NCBI RefSeq assembly: GCF_001194135.2
Contig: NC_069007.1
Location: 549,842 to 583,084, forward strand
DNA length: 33,243 nucleotides
From: Octopus bimaculoides
Lineage: Eukaryota
Direction: 5' to 3'
Below are positions 23,981 to 33,243 of the stretch, in pieces (within the stretch, counting starts at the first letter, position 1; every line of letters starts with the position of its first letter). The notes beneath the pieces are model-generated. The model had not been told where the DNA came from and searched no databases. It worked only from the letters and a program-made list of their open reading frames with translations. Position numbers and translations under genes: made by a program.

Positions 23981-24196
23981 GAGTTAGAGAGCAGTGCATG
24001 CCAACGAAATGACATTGGGGTAAAATATACGAAACCCAGTATGCCCTTTATGACTACCTGTCTGATAAGGGTACACCAGGCAGACTTAAAACCGTAAGTG
24101 TGCGACTTAGTGATCTCATACCAAGATAAATAGCGCATAACCTTACGGGTGGGGTCCAGTTACAATTTTCCTCAGGTCAAGTAGCTCATCCCGCTC
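23981..24196 (-). mobile_element. Repeat family B copy (5'-truncated)
   Basis: GAGTTAGAGAGCAGTGCATGCCA...ATATACGAAACCCAGTAT...CAAGATAAATAGCGCAT...CATCCCGCTC, preceded on the + strand by (ATT)n. Confidence 0.85.
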
Positions 24197-24548
24197 TGTC
24201 GAAGTCTGCTTGCCGTTTATTCTTTCGGGGTCGATACAGTAAGGACCAGTTGATCATTGTGGTCGATATAAGCGATTCCCCTAAAATTCCAGGCCTTGTA
24301 CTTCTGTTAGAAAGGGTTGTTATTATTATTATTATTGCTGTTGTAAGTACGCCGTATAAAATAGTTAGCGGTTTTTGTTCCGTTTTATTTCAAATTTCTG
24401 CGTTCAGATGCAATCGAGACCGACTTTACTTTTCGTCCTTTTCGAGGCCAATGAAATAACTACCAGTTGAGTAATGGGGTTAATCTGATCGAGAAGCACC
24501 TCTCCCCAAAATTTCAGGATTTGTGCTTACAGTAGAAAGAATTATTAG
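24197..24548 (+). mobile_element. Two tandem degenerate SINE family A copies
   Basis: 24197-24335 is a 3' half (CTTTCGGGGTCGATA...AAATTCCAGGCCTTGT...TAGAAAGGG(TTA)n). 24344-24548 is a second copy ending AAATTTCAGGATTTGTGCTTACAGTAGAAAGAATTATT. Confidence 0.7.
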
Positions 24549-24695
24549 TAGTGTTGTTTTTACTGGTGGTAGTAGTAGTCGTTGTAGTAAAAGTAATGGT
24601 GGTGGTGATAGTAGTAGTAGCTGTAGCAGTGCGGTTGTTGCTGGTAGTAGTAGTAGTAGTAGTAAGTAGTAGTAGTTGTTGTAATCGTAGTAGTC
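24545..24695. repeat. Mosaic (TAG/TGG/TTG)n tract continuing from a SINE A tail
   Basis: Direct reading; begins where the SINE tail AGAAAGAATTATT ends. Confidence 0.85.
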
Positions 24696-25133
24696 GTTTC
24701 ACAATACTAATTTTCAATTTCCCATTTCAAGGAAAGTTTTGCCGATTAAGTCGTTTATTGGTTTACCAATGGCAATAGAATTTTCGCTGTTATTCTCTCA
24801 TAATCCTGAGAATAATCTTTGATTAACGTAGATTCTGTGATCTCACGCGGACGTCAAATACATTTGAAAAATGGCTTTAATATTTATATGGCGCCCGATA
24901 GCAGTGGCCATTTGTTAATTTCCTGGTCAGTTTTGTGATAACAGCTTTGTTGGTGATAGACAACTAGTTGTAAGTGCAGTGCCGGAGATGTTTGGCTTAA
25001 TCAGATGCTAATCATCTTAATGATGTTTTATGAGCATCGTGTTTAGAAGTGAACTGGCAAACGTGGATATTGTGGAGGCTGTGTATGAATGTGTGTATAG
25101 GAATGTATATATGTATTTGTCACTGTGTGTCCA

Positions 25134-25200
<67 letters not shown>

Positions 25201-25327
25201 TTATGTGCATGAATATAGATATATGCACTTATGTATGTTTGTGTGTGCATTTATACTTGTGTGGTGTATGTTATTTGTGTGTGGTGTGTACGTGTGTGTG
25301 TGTGTGTGACTGTGGATGTTAGTATAA

Positions 25328-25625
25328 AATTGTAGTTAAGAAGTTCGTTTCAAAACCACGAAGTCGTGGGTTCGATGTCAACTCGTGGAAGCTCACGGAA
25401 GCGTCTTTACAATAGTGTTTCGTTGCCCCAGTCCTTTTCAAGGAATTTGGGGCGATGGAAATTGTGTAGAAGCCAATCGGATGGATTTAATTAATTATTT
25501 AAAGGTCCGTCTTTCTCACGCTGTTTCACGGTGATTCGACTCTGTAATGCGTAGTCTGCGGAATACTCAACGCCCTGCACGCGACTTCAATAAATAGAAT
25601 CGGTCGATCACGTGGACGCTCATAT
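25328..25625 (+). mobile_element. Degraded SINE, probably the same family as 15371-15525
   Basis: GTAGTTAAGAAGTTCGTTTCAAAACCACGAAGTCGTGGGTTCGATGTCAAC (B-box-like GGTTCGAT)...GATGGAAATTGTGTAGAAGCC loosely parallels the 15371-15525 element. Confidence 0.45.
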
Positions 25626-26201
25626 GACCAAAACTAATGTGATACCACATCATCTTGATTGCAGCAGTAGTTTATGTACGGGAGTCCCTGGGTATTGCGG
25701 AGTGTAGAACCACCTCCAACCGATTGTTTTCCCATGTTCACTCTGACCTTTAGTAGCAACACCTGCTCAATGTTAATTAGCATGCGAACCCCAGGGAGTT
25801 AAAAACATATAGTTCTCATGTGAGCTTCGTTCTTGGAGAAAGTAACTTCATATTTACAAGCATAAAATGCTGCTGGTTTCTGACCATCTCCACCTCTGCT
25901 CTGCAACGAGATTTATGGTTGGTTGCACAGAAGGCTGGCTTCAGTGTTGTGCAACAATTTATCTCGTCAAAGGATCTTACATTCTCGGAACGTTTGCACG
26001 GACCTATTGTGTTTAGGATTTGGTCTTTCTCAGTAACGCCATCATTTTGTAAATATGCATGCTAGCATGTATGTGCGTATGTTGACGATTGCCTGCATAC
26101 AAACACATAAGTGGATGTATGTGTGCATTGTTTGTTTATATAAGTTAATCTATTCGAGTATACATGAGTGTAATGTATGTATGTATCGATAGATGAATAT
26201 A

Positions 26202-26275
<74 letters not shown>

Positions 26276-26589
26276 TGTATGTGTGTGTCTTTGGTACTGC
26301 GATATACATCTAGAGCTTGTGTGTATATGCGTAAATGTACGCAAGTTGTTTGCGTGCATGTAAATCGTATATAAGCATACGATTATACATACATATATAC
26401 CCATGCAATTACGTACATACATACCCATGCAATTAAGATGCTGCAATTTGATTTACTAGGCATTAATCAGCCAGGGATTATCATAGTACAGCACCCGAAG
26501 ACATGCAGTCACCAATCGGATTTCCATTTCCTAAGTATTTGCCTGTGTGTATGTGTGTGTGTATGTGTGTGTGTGTGTGTGTGTGAAGG

Positions 26590-27062
26590 AGATACATTCA
26601 CAGACTATGTGCTTGTGTACAGGAGTATCTGCGTTAGTAGCACCCAATCGCAGAGGTAGAATCAGACGAAGTGAAACTAGTTTTGGACTTCACCATCCAT
26701 AGTGATCAGGAGATTCATAGGAGAAATGATATCGTTGCTGTTGCATCGGAAGAAAAAAAAGGAGAGAGAAAGAGAGAGAGAGAGTGAAAAGGCTTTGTTG
26801 GATAATTGATGTAGCATTGCCAAGGGATAAGAGAATAATGTGAAATGGAAGCGGAAAAGAAGGAAAAGTAGTAAACCTTGAAGAGGAAAATTGACAAATT
26901 GTGAGGCATGAAAAACTTGAAGTCACAGCTATACGAGTGGATCCCTTGAGGACAACGTCAGCGTTTTAGATCGAAACGTGGAGGAGGTGGGGAGTGGGAT
27001 GGAGTTATGTACACACGTTCTTCAGAAATGGAGTGGGCCCTGAAGATGTCCTTTGAAATACA
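26590..27062 (+). mobile_element. Heavily decayed endonuclease (C-terminal) fragment of a second R4/Dong-type retrotransposon
   Basis: Manual translation gives HPIAEVESDEVKLVLDFTIHSDQEIHRRNDIVAV (26641-26742), an (AG)n expansion, CWIIDVALPRDKRI (26796-26837), then after a frameshift EMEAEKKEK**TLKRKIDKL*GMK (26842-26913) and later VLQK. Motif order follows the RLE pattern H.P..V.E...VKILWDF.I.TD.....RPDIV / C.IID.A.P.D / E.EK.EKY..LK.EI..LW. Confidence 0.7.
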
Positions 27063-27204
27063 ACGGAAGAAAGATATGAGAGATTTTTCGTTCTGTTATT
27101 ACTCTCTCTCTTCTCTCTCTCTCTCTCTCTCAACTGTTCAAGATACGATCGACCAGTTGAAAGGGCAGTGATGATGATGATGATGACAATAATGATGATA
27201 GTAA

Positions 27205-27315
27205 TAATCATAATTCTTTCTAATTTTGGCGCCAGGCCAGCAGATTTGAGAGGAGGGGATAATTCTACTCCTTCCAACCCAGTACATGACTGGTACTTTA
27301 TTTTATTGACACCAA
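27205..27315 (-). mobile_element. SINE family A 3' fragment
   Basis: ATTCTTTCTAATTTTGGCGCCAGGCCAGCAGATTT and GACTGGTACTTTATTTTATTGAC are the reverse complement of the 3' half. Confidence 0.6.
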
Positions 27316-27524
27316 ATGTAAATAATGTAAATAATAAATAATAATAATAACAACAGCCATATACTACGGAAAACACAAACGTTTTGCCTCCTTGCCAAGG
27401 CCAGAATATCCATGAAAAATGGATAGCATGGTACCGTAGGCTGTAGGTAGTAAACCCGCTGCACATGCAAGACTTCAGGAGTTCCAACAAAACTTGTGAC
27501 AAAGAAAAAAAAAACCCTCAACCA

Positions 27525-27722
27525 AAGGCCCAAGGTCTGAAACTTTTGGGGGTGGGGACTAGTTGATTACACTGGTGTATCACTGGTACCTATTTTATCG
27601 ACGTCGAAAGAATGAAAAGCAAAGTCGTCCTCGGCTGAATTTGAACTCCGAACGGCGCGACGGGCGAAATACCGCTGAACATTTCTTCCAGCATTCTAAC
27701 GGTTCTGCCAGTTCGCAGCCTG
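27525..27722 (-). mobile_element. SINE family A copy
   Basis: GAATGAAAAGCAAAGTCGTCCTCGGCTGAATTTGAACTC, GACGGGCGAAATACCGCT and CTGCCAGTTCGCAGCCTT. The head abuts ATAATAATAAT. Confidence 0.8.
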
Positions 27723-27989
27723 ACGATAATAATAATTAGAAGAAGAAGAGAAGGAAGAGAAATTGAAACTGAAGCACTCGTCAAGCTGAACACATCCAAG
27801 AATATTTTATTTAGCAACAGAACTAAACAACTAACAAAACAAGGTTTTATGGCCTGTAGATATTCTGGAAGAATTCTGAAAGATACATTTTATAAACCCT
27901 CAACGTTATATAGGAATCATTTTGGTTGTATGTTGCATTTTCAGTTTTTAGCAATGCATCACGTTAGTCGGTCTGATATTAGCAAAGGA

Positions 27990-28085
27990 AAAGACGCCGA
28001 GTTGGCAGAATCGTTAGCACGCCGGCAAAATGTTCAGCGGCTTTTCGTTGGCCTCTGCGTTCTGAGTTCGAATACTGCCTTATGC
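27990..28085 (+). mobile_element. SINE family A head only
   Basis: AAGACGCCGAGTTGGCAGAATCGTTAGCACGCCGG...GCGTTCTGAGTTCGAAT. Confidence 0.75.
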
Positions 28086-30149
28086 CAAATTTCGAAGCCA
28101 ATATTGACAAAGTAGAGCACTGGAAGGAAATCCGTCCGACATCCATCTAGCTACTCTGTTACAATTTATTACAATAAAAATCCATGTTGTACCTATGAGA
28201 ATCGTCATTTGTCTTGAAAAAATGGAATGTTAAAGCAAAATATTGGACTTTCGTATATAAACAAACGACTGAATAGCAGCAGAAAATGAAACAGTCATCA
28301 ACAATACAACAAAACCAAATGGCAGAAAGGTTGTGTGGAAACGAGTGCGAAAAGCTAAAGAATTACACAGACTTAAACGTATATAATTCTTTTTGATGTG
28401 AGAAAGGTAACTCTTGATGTATTTCTGAGACCATGAATACTAAATGTAATAATAATAACAATAATAATAATGAAAATAATAATAAAATATAAAAAAAACA
28501 ACGACAGAAAAACCTTCATTCTTCCCATCCATCACATTAATTAAATTATCACAGTGCATGTTTGCCACAAAGTCTTTGTGCAATAGCAATTAAGATGAAT
28601 CTTGCATTAATTAAATTAGCGATGTGGCTAGTAGATTTCTTAAAGGTGATATCAGTAGCTTCTTTATTAGATTACAATATGAGTTGTTCTAGAGACTTTT
28701 GTGAGAAAACTAAACAACAGCAACCAGAAAAAGAATTGTAGTAATAATAATAATAATATTGATGATGATGCTGATAATTATTTTTGCGACAAGCAGAAGG
28801 AAATTGACAGCGACAGAAAGACACGTGACGATGTTTCTTTCAATATTGACTTTTTTGAGTTTTTCTCGTAATTCCTTGAGGCGAGACGTATTATTAAGTG
28901 ATACTACTATACTAAGGACAACGAAATGGTAGACGCGTTAAATAACTAGGTACAATAACTTACAGCATTGGTCTTGGCCCGTCCTATTCAGCTAAACTTT
29001 ATATTTTATACATTCAAGATAGAGAAATTGAAAAGTAAACCAGGGCGATGAAATGGCAGAAATACTTTCTTACGACTTAGTGTCGTGTGTGCATTCGAGT
29101 CTTACATGCCTTGGTATCCCTTATGCAGTTCTCCTAAATTTGTAAATAAGAAAGTTTTCACTGCGTTCAACTTTCTTCCTTTAAGGGGAGGGAATGTTAT
29201 GTATACCTATAATATAATGAAGGGTGAGAACTCACCCTATATTTTCCGAAGGTGGCGAGATAAACGTCTGTCAATGACCGTTTGGCAGAAGTGAAATAAC
29301 GTTGGTATGGATAACCAAATATATATACAGGAAGTTAGCATGGTACGAGACAGGTAACCTCGTTCGCTTCTTGTTAACGAGCAAGGCAGGTAATCTCGTA
29401 CTTCCTGTTCAAAAGGGGAGTGGGGAAGACAGCGGAGCTTCGTGCGGATAGAACCAAAACGAGAGACGGAGCTGCATACGGGTCGGACCGTTCACCACTT
29501 ACCTTTAAACAATTGAGACTGGACATAATCTCCATCTACGACCATTTACTCCCCTGTTTGAACACTTTGATGTTGCGATCAGAAGTTTACCCCTTTTTTC
29601 TTACATTATAATTTGTCTGATCGTAACACGGGGCAATATCTTCAAAATGACTATTGTCAAGCTGTTCCGGGTCTTTGCCTTGGAAATTGTGGGATGGAAG
29701 ACTCGTATACATGAGTTAGCGGTAGTTATTCATATGATAAATGTCCCTCAGACACGCACATACAGTTGGAGAATTCCCGAAGTGACGTAGGTTTTAGATA
29801 TCTATTAACTATTACACCCTCCCTACTCCCAGTCTCTCCCTGCTTGTTGGCGCCACAAACAGCTGTCAGGTTGGATAATTCCCTCTCCACAAATTTCAGG
29901 TCTTGTGCTCATAGAAGAAACGAGTAATATGCTGCTTGAAGGAAATGTTACTGTTATTTCTCCCGAGCTGGTCAAGAGAGTGTTTCCATTATGTGCACGT
30001 TTAGAGCGAGAGGTTGTTTTAGTAGATGAGCCTGTCTGATTGTGATGACGATAACGATACTAACGCAGGCAATGATGATGATGGTGTTGTTGACCATGAA
30101 AAAGATCAACAAACTGATTCCTATTGTTAGAAGCAGTCAACGAGGGAAT

Positions 30150-30815
30150 CTCTACGAAAGGCAAGGGAAATTGTTTTCGAGAAGCCGACCGCATGAGACA
30201 TGGTTCATCATTAGACAGGCCGCACTACTGAAAAATTGCAAGGTACTTTTTGATTGGGATTGCTATTCATAAAATCCTGCGAGTTACAGATTGACTTTGA
30301 TTGCACAAATCGGTCTCTTGAGAAACTAGAAAGAACAGAGGAATATTCCTCACCATTACACCGACGAATCAAGGGCTGAAGTTTCATTGGAACATGTAGT
30401 TCATTCATGATGCATAAGATCTGAGATGATCATGGCACGTGTTTACAAATCTACCTTATCACCGAATACCTGGGGTTAAAGACAACAATACCGATTCGCT
30501 GATATAGTTGAAGACAGAGTATGTTTTTAATAAAAGGCTATAGATATTAGGGATGGAATAAATTCCACAAAAGAATTGCCGAGTCCAGCACTGACTGGCG
30601 GCTGGACAATATCTTCATCAACACAGTCAAACTATGAGCAAAGTAGTGCAACATTAACAGGAAGTAAAATGATTCGCAAGAAACAGCAGGCAAAGATACA
30701 TCAAAACATATAATTAATGTCTTAAAAATCAAGATCCATTTCATGTAGTCCTATATAGATTCTGTCTGAAACTGATAAATACAAAATGGTTATATTTCCG
30801 ATGGTTCGGAACAAC
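30150..30815 (+). mobile_element. Very decayed RTE-type LINE reverse-transcriptase remnant
   Basis: Across frames, motif-like segments occur in RTE order with roughly RTE spacing: RQGKLF (30159-30176), FDWD/GIAIHKILRVTD* (30249-30294, resembling LDWE..GI.I...LRFADD), GLKF (30373), EYLG (30464-30475), GWNKF (30551-30565), Y....TLT (30633), VLKIK (about 30720) and RWFG (30799-30810). Each match is weak on its own. Confidence 0.5.
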
Positions 30816-31107
30816 AACAGAATCAGCAGCGGCTACACCGTAACATCCGCATTGGTGTTCTAATTTATGAAAACACAGGTGCTGGAATGGTGAGAGTGCC
30901 TGACATTCCCCAGAACTCATTTAGGTCTAATGGAATATAATATCAACAGCGAAAATATGAATGAATAAAAGAATATAAGAGCATGCACGCGCGGATATTT
31001 ATTGTTTTTTTTTTGGCTGCCTGTGACTAAGTGTATGTATATACTCACACGTATGCGAAGATGTACAATAAGCACTCACGTATATATGATGTGTGTGTGT
31101 ATGTATG

Positions 31108-31154
<47 letters not shown>

Positions 31155-31403
31155 NNNNNNNNNNNNNNNNNNNNNNNNNNNNNNNNNNNNNNNNNNNNNN
31201 NNNNNNNNNNNNNNNNNNNNNNNNNNNNNNNNNNNNNNNNNNNNNNNNNNNNNNNNNNNNNNNNNNNNNNNNNNNNNNNNNNNNNNNNNNNNNNNNNNNN
31301 NNNNNNNNNNNNNNNNNNNNNNNNNNNNNNNNNNNNNNNNNNNNNNNNNNNNNNNNNNNNNNNNNNNNNNNNNNNNNNCACTCTCTCTCTCTCTCTCTCT
31401 CTG

Positions 31404-31435
<32 letters not shown>

Positions 31436-32622
31436 TATATATATACATACACACACACATATATACATAATGTACACACACACATATATATATGCATATA
31501 TATGTATGTATATTTATCTATCTATCTAACCACACGCACACATACACACACATATATGCGATGTATACGAACGCCGAGGACGAAGAGGTGGGTATGATGG
31601 CAATAGTGACATTTCCCAATTCCATTAATAGCGTAAATGAATTGAGATGGTATCGTGATGAAGGAATTGAAACACCTCTACACAGTATGAAGATTACCTC
31701 TAGCTCTACACATCTCATCATATCTTTTTTTCCTCTTTTCTTTTTCCTTCAATTTTTTCTTTATTCATTCGATACACAAAGACACAAGCAGCAGTATACA
31801 TCGATCCTGTTGGCCATTTTTGCTTAGAAAATGCTTCTATATATGGGGCAGCCGCGCAGACAATGCGTATAACCTACTTGGTCCCAACGGAAATAAATAA
31901 CCATTATTTTACTTTAATATATATAGTTTTTTCCTGATAGTTTATAGATAAAAGCATCATATNNNNNNNNNNNNNNNNNNNNNNNNNNNNNNNNNNNNNN
32001 NNNNNNNNNNNNNNNNNNNNNNNNNNNNNNNNNNNNNNNNNNNNNNNNNNNNNNNNNNNNNNNNNNNNNNNNNNNNNNNNNNNNNNNNNNNNNNNNNNNN
32101 NNNNNNNNNNNNNNNNNNNNNNNNNNNNNNNNNNNNNNNNNNNNNNNNNNNNNNNNNNNNNNNNNNNNNNNNNNNNNNNNNNNNNNNNNNNNNNNNNNNN
32201 NNNNNNNNNNNNNNNNNNNNNNNNNNNNNNNNNNNNNNNNNNNNNNNNNNNNNNNNNNNNNNNNNNNNNNNNNNNNNNNNNNNNNNNNNNNNNNNNNNNN
32301 NNNNNNNNNNNNNNNNNNNNNNNNNNNNNNNNNNNNNNNNNNNNNNNNNNNNNNNNNNNNNNNNNNNNNNNNNNNNNNNNNNNNNNNNNNNNNNNNNNNN
32401 NNNNNNNNNNNNNNNNNNNNNNNNNNNNNNNNNNNNNNNNNNNNNNNNNNNNNNNNNNNNNNNNNNNNNNNNNNNNNNNNNNNNNNNNNNNNNNNNNNNN
32501 NNNNNNNNNNNNNNNNNNNNNNNNNNNNNNNNNNNNNNNNNNNNNNNNNNNNNNNNNNNNNNNNNNNNNNNNNNNNNNNNNNNNNNNNNNNNNNNNTATA
32601 TATATATATATATATACGTATA

Positions 32623-32667
<45 letters not shown>

Positions 32668-33155
32668 GTATAATAGACACAGTGTGTCTTGTACATTCAC
32701 TCTCCATATTCTCTGTTCATTATTTAGCTGTATCGATTATCCAACCAAACCTAATATAATCAGCCACCCATGTCATCGGATATTTCATTTTCTTTTATTC
32801 CATTGATGCTACACACTAGAAGGGATGGCATTTCTAGAGAATAGCTGCTCTAAATATGCACTAGTTATGATAACACTTCCTCAGATTTTGACATCATCGC
32901 TGTTTTGCTATAGAAGGATTTTCTGTCTTGTTATTTTGGTTTATATTTTTTCTGTGAGAAAGTAATATAACAATATAAGCTTTCGCTGCCGTATTTTCTG
33001 GGTTTTTTTTTTTTTCGTTTAAACGTGTGAGTCTGTTTCAGTGAAAATGACAGTGAATGGAATGACAAGGGAGACAGAACACTTATTAGAGGACGTGCAT
33101 ACGTAAATCTATATACCTAAATACATTCCTACATACATACATACATATACGAACG

Positions 33156-33205
<50 letters not shown>

Positions 33206-33212
33206 TGTATAC

Positions 33213-33243
<31 letters not shown>

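Noticed and set aside
27040-27058. CTGAAGA...GAAA hammerhead-ribozyme-like core
   Set aside because: The intervening TGTCCTTT cannot form stem II, and the segment is explained as the end of the decayed R4-type ORF.
29497-29560. Consensus minus-strand donor AAG|GTAAGT at 29503 with short upstream Met-initiated peptides
   Set aside because: No good acceptor or downstream partner exon could be found; an isolated donor match is expected by chance in 33 kb.
30180-30300. Mariner-like reading (RPH...WD)
   Set aside because: No HPPYSPD motif, DD34D spacing or TIRs. The wider region fits an RTE-type RT better.
31558-31827. ORF segment MYTNAEDEEVGMMAIVTF...
   Set aside because: Not recognised, starts inside a microsatellite and ends in a T-rich low-complexity tract.
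494-32707. Many ORFs rich in YI, CV, HT, poly-X, poly-N, poly-V or poly-T in the ORF track
   Set aside because: They are translations of TA/CA/TG/AAT microsatellites and N-gaps, which simply lack stop codons.

Overview
AT-rich, microsatellite-saturated eukaryotic DNA with 8 N-gaps. The repeat content suggests a coleoid cephalopod, probably Octopus; this is inference from recalled repeat families, not a database result. No host protein-coding gene could be recognised, and most ORFs in the track are translations of TA/CA/TG microsatellites. The window looks intronic or intergenic. It contains: (1) a 5'-truncated, disabled R4/Dong-type non-LTR retrotransposon (end of RT, CCHC knuckle, PD-(D/E)xK endonuclease) at 8666-10082, joined to (AAT)15; (2) a second, more decayed R4-type endonuclease fragment at about 26590-27062 that the ORF track misses; (3) two probable RTE-type LINE remnants; (4) roughly 15-20 copies of one tRNA-headed SINE (family A), often head-to-tail and next to (ATT)n; (5) three copies of an (AAT)n-tailed element (family B), each abutting an oppositely oriented family A copy; (6) a 283-bp imperfect palindrome with a third partial copy nearby. 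The most coherent lead is a set of retroelements clustered on TAA/TTA microsatellites with opposite strand polarity. Hairpin and micro-exon candidates are weak leads only.
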